Below are positions 37,300-47,828 of a stretch of 62,001 nt of DNA, one piece after another. The DNA comes from an uncultured Gammaproteobacteria bacterium (GTDB lineage: Bacteria; Patescibacteriota; Patescibacteriia; Patescibacteriales; UBA12465): assembly GCA_964431235.1 (NCBI GenBank), contig CAYSJA010000010.1:1-62001 (forward strand), given 5' to 3'. The translations under genes and the position numbers were made by a program. The notes under the pieces were generated by a model. It made no database searches. It was not told where the DNA came from and was given only the letters and a program-made list of their open reading frames with translations. The first letter of the stretch is position 1. Each line of letters starts with the position of its first letter.

Positions 37300-38403
37300 A
37301 TGTTTAAAACAAAAGAACAAATATTTAATCAATTAGACAAAGCTAACAATATTTTATTGGTTTTTCCTTCCGACTGGGAGCCTGACAACATATCTGCTTC
37401 CCTGGCTCTTTTCTTATTTTTAAAAAAACTCGGAAAAAGTGTTTCTGTTGCTGGTTCAAACAATAAAACAAAAAGAGGAAATTTTGCTTTCTTGTTTGGG
37501 TTTGAAAATATAAAAGATAATTTAGATCATTTAAGAAAATTCATAGTTTCTTTAAATATAAGCAAAACTAAAGTTAGCCAAATTAAATATGTAGTTGAAA
37601 AAGATCAACTAAATTTTATTGTTTCTCCGGAAAAAGGTTGGTTTGAACCTAAAGATGTCAGTGCTCGAGCCGGCGAATTCCGCTATAACTTAATAATAAG
37701 CATTGGCGCTAATGATCTAGAATCTTTAGGTGAGATATATGATAAAAATATTGAATTTTTTTATAAAACCCCACTTATAAATTTGTCGTGTCAGGCCGCC
37801 AATGAAGAATTTGGACAAATAAATCTAATAGATATAAGCTGTTCAACTGTTTCCGAGCTCATTTTTAATCTATTAAAAGAAAAGGATGAAACCTTGATAG
37901 ATGAGAATATAGCAACAAATCTACTGGCAGGGATAATCTTGCAGACAAAAAATTTTAAAAGTGGGAAATTAACTCCAGAAACATTGATTACAACCTCTCA
38001 ATTAATAAAACTTGGAGGAAGAAGAGAAGAGATTGTAAAACAACTTTATAGAAACCGTTGTATTTCTGACTTAAAAATTTGGGGAAAAATTTTACACAAA
38101 TTAAAAATAGAAAAAAATGGCTTAGCTTGGTCTCACTTAAAACAATCTGATTTAGAGGGACAAAAAATAGATCTTGATTCTTTACAAGATTTGATAGAGG
38201 AGTTGATGTCCGGTTTACCTGGTGCTGAAATAGCTTTGATTATTTTGGAAAAAACCGAAGAAACAGAGCTTTATGCCTTTTCTTTGAAAAATAGAAACGC
38301 TTTTGATTTCTTAAAAAAATACCAACCCCAAGGAAACAGTAAAACAGCTGTTGCTAAAAACAATAATAAAGCTGAAATTATTATATCCGACTTATTGGCT
38401 TAA
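37300..38403 (+). CDS. DHH/DHHA1 phosphoesterase-like protein with degenerate active site
   Basis: NrnA-like layout (PD..SA.LAL...L, NEEFG.IN, SEL, AT.LL.GI...T..F) but the DHH motif is replaced by SCQ. Confidence 0.75.
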   Translation: MFKTKEQIFNQLDKANNILLVFPSDWEPDNISASLALFLFLKKLGKSVSVAGSNNKTKRGNFAFLFGFENIKDNLDHLRKFIVSLNISKTKVSQIKYVVEKDQLNFIVSPEKGWFEPKDVSARAGEFRYNLIISIGANDLESLGEIYDKNIEFFYKTPLINLSCQAANEEFGQINLIDISCSTVSELIFNLLKEKDETLIDENIATNLLAGIILQTKNFKSGKLTPETLITTSQLIKLGGRREEIVKQLYRNRCISDLKIWGKILHKLKIEKNGLAWSHLKQSDLEGQKIDLDSLQDLIEELMSGLPGAEIALIILEKTEETELYAFSLKNRNAFDFLKKYQPQGNSKTAVAKNNNKAEIIISDLLA

Positions 38404-38441
38404 TCTTAAAAATTTGATAAATTAGAATTACAACTATGAAA

Positions 38442-38515
38442 GCGCCTATAGCTCAGTTGGTTAGAGCGCCGCTCTTATAAAGCGGAGGTCGATGGTTCAA
38501 GTCCATCTAGGCGCA
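38442..38515 (+). tRNA. tRNA-Ile(TAT)
   Basis: Cloverleaf; CCGCT-CT-TAT-AA-AGCGG; A73. Confidence 0.9.
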
Positions 38516-38520
38516 CAGAA

Positions 38521-38594
38521 GGGCTCGTAGCTCAGTTGGTTAGAGTGCTACGTTGACATCGTAGAGGTCTGCAGTTCGAATCTGCACGAGCCCA
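38521..38594 (+). tRNA. tRNA-Val(GAC)
   Basis: CTACG-TT-GAC-AT-CGTAG. Confidence 0.95.
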
Positions 38595-38723
38595 CTATAA
38601 AGCCGTTTTCAGCGGTTTTATTTTATTAAATCAAAAATTTAATTTTTTATCATTTATTATTTACATTTTCTATAAAAATTGGTACATTTAAAATATAAGG
38701 ATAACTATAATATTTATATAAGT

Positions 38724-39140
38724 ATGTTTTTTGATAAAAAAAATAAAGAGAAACCTCTAATAAAAGAGGGGGAATCGTCTATTAGCCAATGGCTAGAAAA
38801 TGGAGAGAATGAAGAGGAGGGACAATTGGCTATAGATGTTTTTCATGACGATAAAAAAATTATAATCAAATCAACTATTGCTGGTACTCAACCGGAAGAC
38901 TTAAAAATATCCCTTCATAATGATCTCTTAATTATAAAAGGTAAAAGAGAGCTAAAAGAAAAAATCTCTGAAGAAAATTACTTATTTAAGGAGTGCTACT
39001 GGGGGCCATTTTCCCGCTCTATAATACTACCTTCTGAAGTTGATCCTAAAAAAGTAGAAGCAGAAATAGAAAACGGAATTTTGACAATCACCTTACATAA
39101 AACTAAGTCAGAAAAAATAAAAGTCACCATGAAAGACTAA
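38724..39140 (+). CDS. Hsp20/alpha-crystallin small heat shock protein
   Basis: GQLAIDV, ECYWG.F.RSI.LP, A...NG.L.I. Confidence 0.93.
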   Translation: MFFDKKNKEKPLIKEGESSISQWLENGENEEEGQLAIDVFHDDKKIIIKSTIAGTQPEDLKISLHNDLLIIKGKRELKEKISEENYLFKECYWGPFSRSIILPSEVDPKKVEAEIENGILTITLHKTKSEKIKVTMKD

Positions 39141-39150
39141 ATTTTAAAGT

Positions 39151-41043
39151 ATGGCCGGAAAGAAAAAAGTGATTATAATCTTATTGTCAGCATTTTTTTT
39201 ATTGCTGGCGATTTTTTTGCTTACCTATTTTTTTTGGTCACAAAACTATAAAAATAGATTATTACCTAAAACTTTTATCGGTGAGTTTGATGTTTCTCAA
39301 ATGACTAGAAATGAGGTGGAAAAAATACTAAAGGGGGAAGAGGAAAAAATAAGAAAATCTGGAATAGAATTTTCTTATGGGGATAAAATAGCTTTTTTCC
39401 CTTTGAGCTTAAAAGCTGCTAGTCCAGATATACCAGAACTCAGCCTAAGATATGCAGATTCATTTTCTTTTGAACATGAAGAAACTTTAAACAAACTTTT
39501 TACCCAAGAAAACAAATCATTTATTAAGTATTTAAAAACCCAAACATTGAGTGATAATAAAAATAAATTTTATTTTTCTTTTTCTTATTCTCCACAAATA
39601 TTACGCGAATGGATTACGGAAGTTTTCCCTTCAGCAAATATTGAACCAGAAAATGCCTATTTTTCTTTAGAAGAAACAAATGGCGAAGAGAAATTGACAA
39701 GCGTCCCGGAAAAAATCGGCAAAGAGATAGACTGGGAAAATGCAGAGAGGTATCTTGTCAGCCAATTATCTGAATTAAAAAATTCAGAAATACGGCTACG
39801 AACAAGATCAAAATATCCGGAAATAAACCAATCCGAGCTAGAAAAGTTAAAACCAGAAGCAGAACAACTACTTGCTCATAATGACTTTAATTTATATTTT
39901 TTAGAGCAAATAAATGAAAAAGATAAAAAGGTGTTATTTAGTATTGATAGAAAAGAAATAATTACTTGGGTAAGCGCCAAAAAAAATAATATCAACTCTC
40001 TATCACTTGAATTTGATTTAAAAAAAATAAAAACTTATTTAGAAAAAGATATCTCTCCTCAAATAAACCAAGATGTTATTTTACCGCGTTTTGAAATAAA
40101 GGATGGAAAAGTCTCTAATTGGCAAGCGGGTAAAAATGGTCGAGAAATAAATTTGGAAAAAAGTGCTCAAAATATTTATAAATCTTTATTGGCTGGAAGC
40201 TGGGAAGCTGAAATTGAAATTAAAAAAATAAATGTAGATGATTTTGATAATAACAGTTTCAAAATCAAAGAAATTATTGGTATAGGACACTCTAATTTCG
40301 CCGGCTCTCCAGCTAACAGAAGATATAATATCAAAATTGGAGCTGAGGCTGTCCATGGTATATTAATAAAACCGGATGAAGAATTCTCTCTAGTAAAAAC
40401 TTTAGGGGAAATTGATGCTGCTTCTGGATATCTACCAGAATTAGTTATAAAGGGTGATAAAACTATCCCTGAATACGGCGGAGGATTATGCCAAATAGCA
40501 ACTACTATATTCCGTTCAGCTCTAAATTCTGGATTACCTATAACCGCCAGGAGACACCATTCTTATCGCGTCAGTTATTATGAACCAGCCGGGATGGATG
40601 CGGCTGTTTACGACCCTTGGCCAGATGTTAAATTCGTTAATGATACTAATAATTATATCTTAGTCCAATCACGCTTAGAAGGAAATGATTTATATTTTGA
40701 TTTTTGGGGCACTAAAGATGGTCGTACTGCCAGTACTACTGATCCGATTATTTATAATATTGTAAAACCACCGCCAACTAAACTTGTTGAAAGTGAAGAT
40801 TTAGAACCGGGTGAAAAAAAATGTACAGAAAGTGCTCATAACGGAGCGGATGCTTATTTTGACTATATTGTAATTTATCCTAAAGGGGCAACCTCTACTC
40901 CTAAACAAGAGGTGCGCTTTCATTCTCATTATGTCCCTTGGCAGGAGGTCTGTTTGATTGGTAAAGAAGAGACAGAAGAAGAAAGTAGAAAGGATGAAGA
41001 AGAAGAAATCTTAGAAGATGAATCTGATGTAGAAAAAATGTAG
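39151..41043 (+). CDS. VanW-family protein with PG-binding repeats
   Basis: TM, R.YNI, GGGLCQ.ATT.FR, HSY.V.YY, G.DA.V, D.KF.N. Confidence 0.9.
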   Translation: MAGKKKVIIILLSAFFLLLAIFLLTYFFWSQNYKNRLLPKTFIGEFDVSQMTRNEVEKILKGEEEKIRKSGIEFSYGDKIAFFPLSLKAASPDIPELSLRYADSFSFEHEETLNKLFTQENKSFIKYLKTQTLSDNKNKFYFSFSYSPQILREWITEVFPSANIEPENAYFSLEETNGEEKLTSVPEKIGKEIDWENAERYLVSQLSELKNSEIRLRTRSKYPEINQSELEKLKPEAEQLLAHNDFNLYFLEQINEKDKKVLFSIDRKEIITWVSAKKNNINSLSLEFDLKKIKTYLEKDISPQINQDVILPRFEIKDGKVSNWQAGKNGREINLEKSAQNIYKSLLAGSWEAEIEIKKINVDDFDNNSFKIKEIIGIGHSNFAGSPANRRYNIKIGAEAVHGILIKPDEEFSLVKTLGEIDAASGYLPELVIKGDKTIPEYGGGLCQIATTIFRSALNSGLPITARRHHSYRVSYYEPAGMDAAVYDPWPDVKFVNDTNNYILVQSRLEGNDLYFDFWGTKDGRTASTTDPIIYNIVKPPPTKLVESEDLEPGEKKCTESAHNGADAYFDYIVIYPKGATSTPKQEVRFHSHYVPWQEVCLIGKEETEEESRKDEEEEILEDESDVEKM

Positions 41044-41142
41044 AGTAAAATAATTAAAAAATATTTTATCTTCATAAAAAAACAACTTGATTTATTCAAG
41101 CTGTTTTATTTTAAATTAAATATTTATTTTATATTTACTTTT

Positions 41143-41898
41143 TTATTTTATTATTTCCCCGTCAATCACTTTATCTTTCAATTGATTATCATTCTTATCT
41201 TTTTTAAAAACAATTAATTGTTGAATAGCGGTTATAAGAGTAATAACTAACCAATAAAGAGTAAGTCCTCCAGGGAGCGACATACCAATAAAAACAGTAA
41301 CCGCTGGCATAATGAAAAGCATTTGCTTATTCATTATTGCCATCATACTTTCATCTTTAGCGCCAGGGGTCTTTACCACCGGTTTTTTGGTAGAAACCAT
41401 TTTAGCTTGCCAGAATTGAGCAGCGCCGGCTAAAACCGCTAAATAAACGTTAGGGGTAGCTAAATCAACTAAACCAAAAGAAATTGTATTTATTGTTTCC
41501 GGACGACTAATAAAAGGATAAACCAAATCTAAATTATTAGCTAAGCCGGTTCTAAAAATACGAAAAACTGCCCACAAAAAAGGTAGCTGGATTAAAAGGG
41601 GTAAGCAAGAAGAAAAAGGATTAACTTTATTTTCTTTGTAAAGAGCCATTATTTTTTGACTAGAAGCTACTTTATCGTCTTTGTATTTTTTCTTGATTTC
41701 TTCAATTTTCGGCTGAAGATCTTGAAGCGCTTTTTGTGACTTTATCGCTTTTCTGCCTAAAGGCCAAAAAATTAATTTAATTATTATGGTTAATAAAATA
41801 ATTGCTACTCCAAAATCATTAAAAGGGGTTATTTTATATAAAAAAACCAACAAATTTAAAACTGGTTGGTAAAAAATAGTGGTAAAAATATTTGCCAT
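41143..41898 (-). CDS. yidC: Membrane protein insertase YidC/Oxa1
   Basis: AIILLT, LQPKI, NPF.SCLPLLIQLP, GL.LYW. Confidence 0.95.
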   Translation of the reverse strand: MANIFTTIFYQPVLNLLVFLYKITPFNDFGVAIILLTIIIKLIFWPLGRKAIKSQKALQDLQPKIEEIKKKYKDDKVASSQKIMALYKENKVNPFSSCLPLLIQLPFLWAVFRIFRTGLANNLDLVYPFISRPETINTISFGLVDLATPNVYLAVLAGAAQFWQAKMVSTKKPVVKTPGAKDESMMAIMNKQMLFIMPAVTVFIGMSLPGGLTLYWLVITLITAIQQLIVFKKDKNDNQLKDKVIDGEIIK

Positions 41899-41916
41899 AA
41901 TAAATTATTAATTTAT

Positions 41917-42171
41917 TTATTTAACAGGATCATAACCGCCTTTATTCCAGGGGTTACATCTCAATACTCGCCAAACAGACATTAAAACTCCTTTTAGGGG
42001 TCCGTGTTTCTGTATTGCCTCTTTTGCATACTGAGAACAGGTTGGAGTAAAGCGACAAAAACCGTGGGGATAAAAAATTCGCAAAGGACCATGATCAAAA
42101 GATAATGTTTTTTGGTATAAAACAATAAGTTTTATAAGTATTTCTTTTATTACATTGGAAAACAATCTCAT
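41917..42171 (-). CDS. yidD: Membrane protein insertion efficiency factor YidD
   Basis: CRF.PTCS.Y, R..RC.PW..GG.DPV. Confidence 0.96.
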   Translation of the reverse strand: MRLFSNVIKEILIKLIVLYQKTLSFDHGPLRIFYPHGFCRFTPTCSQYAKEAIQKHGPLKGVLMSVWRVLRCNPWNKGGYDPVK

Positions 42172-42521
42172 AAAGTTTTATTCTTAAAACTTTTTAGAGC
42201 TTGTAGGGTATTAAAAAGAGCTTTTCTGATTTCAAATTTGTCTTTTTTTTCTATTTCCGGAAGAGTAATTATAACAAAATCTCGGCTTGATTCAATATTA
42301 TCAATATTCTCTTGTAAATAGTCCCTTATTATCCTTTTTATTTGATTTCTCTTCACTGCCCCTTTACTTATTTTAGAGCTAACAATTATTCCAAATCGGC
42401 TTATACTTAAATTATTCTTACAAAATTTAATACCTAAGATTTTATTATAAAAAGAATTTCCGTGTTTAAATACCCGGTCAAAATCATTTTTCAAGTGTAT
42501 TCTGTTTTTCTTTTTCAGCAT
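42168..42521 (-). CDS. rnpA: Ribonuclease P protein component
   Basis: RFGIIVS.K..K.AV.RN..KR. Confidence 0.95.
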   Translation of the reverse strand: MLKKKNRIHLKNDFDRVFKHGNSFYNKILGIKFCKNNLSISRFGIIVSSKISKGAVKRNQIKRIIRDYLQENIDNIESSRDFVIITLPEIEKKDKFEIRKALFNTLQALKSFKNKTL

Positions 42522-42535
42522 TTATATGCTTAAAA

Positions 42536-42673
42536 TTATTTTGATAATTTTTTTCTACCTTTATCACGGCGGCTTTTTAAAATATTTCTTCCATTTTTTG
42601 TTTCCATACGGCTAATAAAACCGTGCTTCTTCTTCGCCCGCCTTTTATTTGGCTGATAGGTCCTTTGTGGCAT
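42536..42673 (-). CDS. rpmH: 50S ribosomal protein L34 (absent from the ORF track)
   Basis: [45 protein letters not shown]. Confidence 0.96.
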   Translation of the reverse strand: MPQRTYQPNKRRAKKKHGFISRMETKNGRNILKSRRDKGRKKLSK

Positions 42674-42897
42674 ATTTTCTGTTTAAATAATTGTTTTTAT
42701 ACCATATCATTTCTATGTATTATAGTCAATTAAAATTATTTTTAAAGTTATTCACTAGTTATCAACATATTTTTAACATTTACTCGCCTTGTGGAAAAGT
42801 TGGATATCTAATATAATTAAATAACTATATTTTCAAATTCTTTCTGGTTTTATTTTTATTCTCTAATAAATTTTTATAAATAATAGCTACCCTCAAT

Positions 42898-44301
42898 ATG
42901 AATAATGAACAAGTTTGGAAAGCTGTCTTAGGAGAAATGGAAATCAGTTTATCCCGAGCTAATTTTATTACCTGGTTTAAAGATACTTTTATATCTTCTT
43001 TTGAAAATAATAAAATTATTCTTTGCGTACCCAATGCTTTTGTAAAAAAATGGTTAGAAGAAAAATACCATAAAAATATCCTAGAAGCTTTAAAAAGTGT
43101 TACTAAACAAAATATAAAAGAAATAATTTACAAAATAGAGTTAAGAAAATCCAAAAATAGCTTTCAGTTAGACATTAATAATACGGAGAAAAAACAGGAA
43201 AAAACACCTCAATTTAATCAATCAGCTGAAAAAATAGTATCTTTGAAAAATAAGCAATCTATCTCAACTAATAAATTTGGTTTGAATCCTAGATATGTTT
43301 TTGAAAATTTTGTCGTTGGAAAGGGTAATGAATTGGCTCACGCTGCCTGTTTAGCGGTGGTTAATAACCTTGGCCAATCTTACAATCCTTTATTTATTTA
43401 TGGTGGGGTTGGTTTGGGTAAAACTCATCTAATGCAAGCTATAGGCAATGCTGTTACCACAAAAACTAATAAAGTGCTTTATACTACAAGTGAAAAATTT
43501 ACCAATAACTATATTCAAGCGGTCACTACTGGAAAAGCTAAAGAGTTTAAAAATTTATATAGGAATGTTGATTTACTTTTAATAGATGATATCCAATTTA
43601 TGGGGGGAAAAGATGGCACCCAAGAAGAATTTTTTCACACCTTTAATGAACTACAACAAAACGATAAACAAATCGTTCTTACTTCTGATCGACCGCCAAA
43701 ATCAATTCCAGCTATTGAAAAAAGGTTAATATCTCGCTTTGAATCTGGCATGGTGGCTGATATTGGCAAACCAGATACTGAAACCAAGATAGCTATTTTA
43801 GAAAAAAAATCTTTAGAAAAAAATTTCAATCTAGAAAAAGACGTCCTGATTTACATCGCTGAAAATGTAAAAAATAATATTAGGGAATTAGAAGGAGCTT
43901 TGAATAAAGTTATAGTCTTCCATCAGTTAAAAAATTTAAAACCATCAATAGAAAGTGTAAAAGACGTACTTAGTGATTTTATGTCAAATATTCAATCTCG
44001 ATCCATGTCACCAAAAGATATTGTTGATATAGTAGCTAAATTTTATAACATAAATAATAAAGACATTATTAGTGGTAGTCGTAAAAAAGAATTAGTCACA
44101 CCCAGACAGATAGCTATTTATCTAATAAGGGAAGAATTAAACTCATCATACCCTGCTATTGGGCATGAATTAGGGGGAAGAGACCATACCACCGCTATGC
44201 ACGCTTATAATAAAATTGTTCACGAAATAAAAAGTTTAGGAAATGAAAAGTTAAAACAAGAAGTAGAATCAATTAAACAATTATTTAATCAGGGTTATTA
44301 A
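42898..44301 (+). CDS. dnaA: Chromosomal replication initiator DnaA
   Basis: YNPLFIYGGVGLGKTHL, DDIQF, QEEFFHTFN, RELEGAL, GGRDHTT. Confidence 0.99.
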   Translation: MNNEQVWKAVLGEMEISLSRANFITWFKDTFISSFENNKIILCVPNAFVKKWLEEKYHKNILEALKSVTKQNIKEIIYKIELRKSKNSFQLDINNTEKKQEKTPQFNQSAEKIVSLKNKQSISTNKFGLNPRYVFENFVVGKGNELAHAACLAVVNNLGQSYNPLFIYGGVGLGKTHLMQAIGNAVTTKTNKVLYTTSEKFTNNYIQAVTTGKAKEFKNLYRNVDLLLIDDIQFMGGKDGTQEEFFHTFNELQQNDKQIVLTSDRPPKSIPAIEKRLISRFESGMVADIGKPDTETKIAILEKKSLEKNFNLEKDVLIYIAENVKNNIRELEGALNKVIVFHQLKNLKPSIESVKDVLSDFMSNIQSRSMSPKDIVDIVAKFYNINNKDIISGSRKKELVTPRQIAIYLIREELNSSYPAIGHELGGRDHTTAMHAYNKIVHEIKSLGNEKLKQEVESIKQLFNQGY

Positions 44302-44576
44302 CAATTTTTTGTGGAATACCTTGTTGATAAATAAAATTTTGCTTGTGAGTTAAATTTAATAAATTGTTTATAATTCAAAACTTTTTCAAAAATTAACAGT
44401 TTATTAAAAATTACCCCCAATAAAGATCACAACCTATTAACAACAAAAACAAGTAAAAACCCCAATAAAACTCCTAGTTATTAACAAAAACAAAAAATAA
44501 TCCACCCCCTTATTGTTATTATTATATTTTATAATATAAATTAATAATATATAATATAAGTAATAAATATAAATAT
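44295..44576. other. Probable oriC (dnaA-dnaN intergenic; further boxes at 42745-42800)
   Basis: DnaA-box-like TTATTAACA, TGTGGAATA, TGTTGATAA, followed by a very AT-rich DUE-like stretch (44515-44576); strand bias of genes switches around here. Confidence 0.75.
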
Positions 44577-45698
44577 ATGAAATTTATAAGTTTACAGGAA
44601 AATTTAAAAAAAGGTTTAAATATAGTCGGACATGCTACTTCAAAAAATATAAATTTACCAATACTTAATAATATCCTAATAAAAATTGAAGAAGGAAATA
44701 TAGAATTAATAAGTACCAACTTAGAAATAGGAGTTAAATATTTACTTAGAGGAAAAATTGAATCAGAGGGTAATTTTACTGTTGATTCTAAATTAATTAC
44801 TGATTATATCAATCTTCTAAATGGGGGTGAAAAAGTTAAAATTGAAGAAAGAAATAAAGAATTAAAAATTGAGTCAGATAATTACAAAACCAAAATAAAA
44901 GGAGAGGTGGCTAAAGATTTTCCTTTAATACCAACTATAAATGGGGAATCGGCTTATATATTAGATATAAATGATTTAAAAAAGTCGTTATCACAAGTTA
45001 TTTTCGCGGTTTCTAATAGTGAAAATAGGGTTGAATTAACAGGTGTACTTTTCTCTTTTAATAAAGACAAATTAAATTTAGCGACAACAGATAGTTATCG
45101 TTTAGCAGAAAAAGAGGTAGTTATAAAAGAAAATTCAAAGAAAGAGGAGGAGGTTGTTATAGTTCCAGCTAAAACAATCCAAGAGCTTTTAAGGATTTTA
45201 AACAATTTTGATGAAGATATTGATGGTGTAAATGATGTAAAAATAAGTATTTCTGATAATCAAGTATTATTTACTTTTGATTCGGTTAGTCTTATATCCC
45301 GTTTAATAAATGGTCGTTACCCGGACTATAAGCAAATAATACCTAATGAAAGCCGAACAGAAGCTATTATTGATAAACAAGAATTTATTAGAGCAGTAAA
45401 GGCAGTATCTTTATTCTCAAAAAGTGGGATAAATGATATAACCATTCTTTTCTTAAAAAACAAGATTTCAATATCTTCTTTTTCTGGGGCTAGTGGTGAA
45501 AGCCAGGCGGAAATTTTAGCCGACATAAAAGGTGATGAAAATGAAATAACTATTAATTATCGTTATCTTTTAGATGGATTAAATAATATAGACGAGAAAA
45601 ATATTACAATAAAAGTTTTAAACAACAACACCCCTTGTTTAATTGAGCCAGAAAAAGAAAACAATTATTTGTATATTGTGATGCCAATAAAACAATAA
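44577..45698 (+). CDS. dnaN: DNA polymerase III beta clamp
   Basis: LPIL.NI, TNLE, ATDSYRL, SRLI.G.YPDY, IVMP. Confidence 0.98.
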   Translation: MKFISLQENLKKGLNIVGHATSKNINLPILNNILIKIEEGNIELISTNLEIGVKYLLRGKIESEGNFTVDSKLITDYINLLNGGEKVKIEERNKELKIESDNYKTKIKGEVAKDFPLIPTINGESAYILDINDLKKSLSQVIFAVSNSENRVELTGVLFSFNKDKLNLATTDSYRLAEKEVVIKENSKKEEEVVIVPAKTIQELLRILNNFDEDIDGVNDVKISISDNQVLFTFDSVSLISRLINGRYPDYKQIIPNESRTEAIIDKQEFIRAVKAVSLFSKSGINDITILFLKNKISISSFSGASGESQAEILADIKGDENEITINYRYLLDGLNNIDEKNITIKVLNNNTPCLIEPEKENNYLYIVMPIKQ

Positions 45699-45716
45699 AA
45701 AATTAATATCAAGTAT

Positions 45717-46049
45717 ATGAAAAATTTTGAATCTTTCAATAATAAAGAATGTGGGGATGACAAAAAAACTGAAAAAGAAATAGCTGAAGAAGAGAGAATA
45801 ATTTCTTTACGTAATAATTTATTAGAAGACATGGACAAAAGAGGTGGTGGTTATGATGATTTATATATTGTTTTTCAAGCTAAGAAATATAATATAGCTG
45901 CTAAGTTTGTAGAATATGTTTATAGGGGAATTATAAACTCAGAAACAATAAAAGATAAAGGTTTTATGGGGAGTTACATGGTTCATAATCCCAATTTAGA
46001 CAAAGAGCCCCACAAATGGTCAAAATATTATGGGCAAGATAATAAATAA
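45717..46049 (+). CDS. Hypothetical protein
   Basis: 110-aa ORF directly after dnaN; no recognisable motif. Confidence 0.55.
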   Translation: MKNFESFNNKECGDDKKTEKEIAEEERIISLRNNLLEDMDKRGGGYDDLYIVFQAKKYNIAAKFVEYVYRGIINSETIKDKGFMGSYMVHNPNLDKEPHKWSKYYGQDNK

Positions 46050-46093
46050 AGATTGTTAACTATGTTTTTGGTTAATTTTGGTAATTATTTTTT

Positions 46094-46627
46094 TTAAAAA
46101 ATAAAATTCTCTATTTCAAGAGATTTTTTTATTTCTTCAAATTCGCTTTGAGAAATTACTTTTTGTTTTTTTAAAATCTCTAAAAATATTACAGTGTCTT
46201 TAAACTTATTCTTGGTAGATATTTTTATTCCTAATTCATTAACATCTAAGATTTTAATATTTTCTTTTTTAGCCTTTTCGGTTGCCTTTTCATCATCAGT
46301 TATGAATATGCCGTCTAACTCTTGCGACAACACCATCGCGGATATTTCGCCTAAACCGAGAACCCCCTCTTTAATAAGATTACTCATCATGAAAATACTT
46401 TGTTGCTTTTTTAAAGTCTCTACTTCTATTTTTCCAGTCTCAATATTATCAATGATTGATTGGAGTTTTGGTTTTTTAACAATTCCCTTTTTAACTTCTT
46501 CTATTACTTCTTTTGTTGTGTAGATATTTTTGGAGATGTAAAAAATTAGCTCTAATTTTTCTATTCGAGCAAAATTGCTAAAGGTAGCATTATCAAAAAC
46601 AAATTTTTCATGATTTATTTTTTTCAT
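46094..46627 (-). CDS. PIN-domain protein (DUF3368-like putative RNase toxin)
   Basis: VFDNATFSNF, V.EEV, LG.GE.SA...., FITDDE.A acidic PIN motifs; overlaps the upstream gene. Confidence 0.8.
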   Translation of the reverse strand: MKKINHEKFVFDNATFSNFARIEKLELIFYISKNIYTTKEVIEEVKKGIVKKPKLQSIIDNIETGKIEVETLKKQQSIFMMSNLIKEGVLGLGEISAMVLSQELDGIFITDDEKATEKAKKENIKILDVNELGIKISTKNKFKDTVIFLEILKKQKVISQSEFEEIKKSLEIENFIF

Positions 46628-47381
46628 TTTTGGCTTTTTCAATTTCTGCCACCCAATCTTTAGTTTTCTCGTATGATTCACGCAACAATTCAGAAAGCTT
46701 ATTTAAAGATATTTTTTTATCAAAATAAGCTTTAAAAGCCAAATGATAAAAATTAGTAGGTAGCCTAAACTCACCATCGCTATCACTTTTTTCGGCCTCA
46801 AAACCTAGCTGGACAGACAAAGAGTTTAATATGCGAGTATCTGAAATTTTTTCTTTATAGGGTTTGTCAAAAGTGTAGCCCAAATCATGCAAGCGATATA
46901 TAATTGCTTGCCAGCTGACATCAAATTCATTTCTGATTTTTACCAGCGACTGATCATCTAACTTATTGCCATCTAATTTTAGTATTTCTTGAATGTAATA
47001 ATCAACTCCATCTTTGGGCATTAAAAGATTTGCGGCAAAACAATCAGCTCGTTTTTCAATGACTGATTTTACCATTTTATCATCATCAATTATTATTCTT
47101 TTTTCTTTATCCAGTAAAAAATGACAAAATTCATGAGCGGCCGTAAAAACTTGATGACCATTAGATCTGTTGCTATTTATTAATATTTTTCCCGAATCTT
47201 TTTCTTGATCATAATAAAAAGCGCCTGAAAGACCATTGCCACCTATCGGTATCTTAACAACAAAAATGCCCTGGCCTTCCAACAGTCCGAAGATATCACG
47301 AATAGGGGCTTTACCAAGTTTTAACTCACGTCTAATTTTATCAGCCTGTTTTTCGGCTTCTTGATATATACTTTGCGACAT
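46608..47381 (-). CDS. ImmA/IrrE-family zinc metallopeptidase
   Basis: FTAAHEFCH (HExxH), E.RA..FAA.LLMP, F.VS..A..YRL. Confidence 0.92.
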   Translation of the reverse strand: MSQSIYQEAEKQADKIRRELKLGKAPIRDIFGLLEGQGIFVVKIPIGGNGLSGAFYYDQEKDSGKILINSNRSNGHQVFTAAHEFCHFLLDKEKRIIIDDDKMVKSVIEKRADCFAANLLMPKDGVDYYIQEILKLDGNKLDDQSLVKIRNEFDVSWQAIIYRLHDLGYTFDKPYKEKISDTRILNSLSVQLGFEAEKSDSDGEFRLPTNFYHLAFKAYFDKKISLNKLSELLRESYEKTKDWVAEIEKAKNEKNKS

Positions 47382-47385
47382 ATGC

Positions 47386-47730
47386 TTAGATGTTTTTCAA
47401 AAATTCATAATCCTCACAGATTTTTTGGAATTCAAAAAGAGCCTTTTTTTCTTCCTCATCCAAAAAGTCTTTTTTTCTTAAATGCATAACTACCTCTTGA
47501 AAATTTGAACTAACCGATACGCTTTCTTCGGATAGTAAATTTTCTGCATTTGCATTATACAGATCAGCTAATTTAAAAAGCTCAAAGCTATCTATTTTCC
47601 TTCTTCCGGCCTCAATGTTAATAATAGCTTGTCTAGTAAGATTAAGCTCTTTAGCAACGAATTCTTGGCTATATCCAATATTTTCTCTGAGTTTTTTTAG
47701 TTTTTCGCCTAATTGGCTTAAATTAAGCAT
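47386..47730 (-). CDS. XRE-family HTH transcriptional regulator
   Basis: LK.LRE..G.SQ..VA..L...RQ....IE.G.R.I. Confidence 0.92.
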   Translation of the reverse strand: MLNLSQLGEKLKKLRENIGYSQEFVAKELNLTRQAIINIEAGRRKIDSFELFKLADLYNANAENLLSEESVSVSSNFQEVVMHLRKKDFLDEEEKKALFEFQKICEDYEFLKNI

Positions 47731-47798
47731 AGTTTTTGAATAATTTATATTTTTAGATTTTTAGCCCATCGACCTAATAGGCTATTTATCCACACTTT

Positions 47799-47828
47799 TA
47801 TTGTATAAAAATAATACATATAAGTCAA
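47799..47828 (-). promoter_or_regulatory. Promoter/operator of the XRE-peptidase-PIN operon
   Basis: Minus-strand TTGACT..TACAAT with palindrome TGTAT-N7-ATACA (47802-47818); perfect DnaA box TTATCCACA at 47786-47794. Confidence 0.6.
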
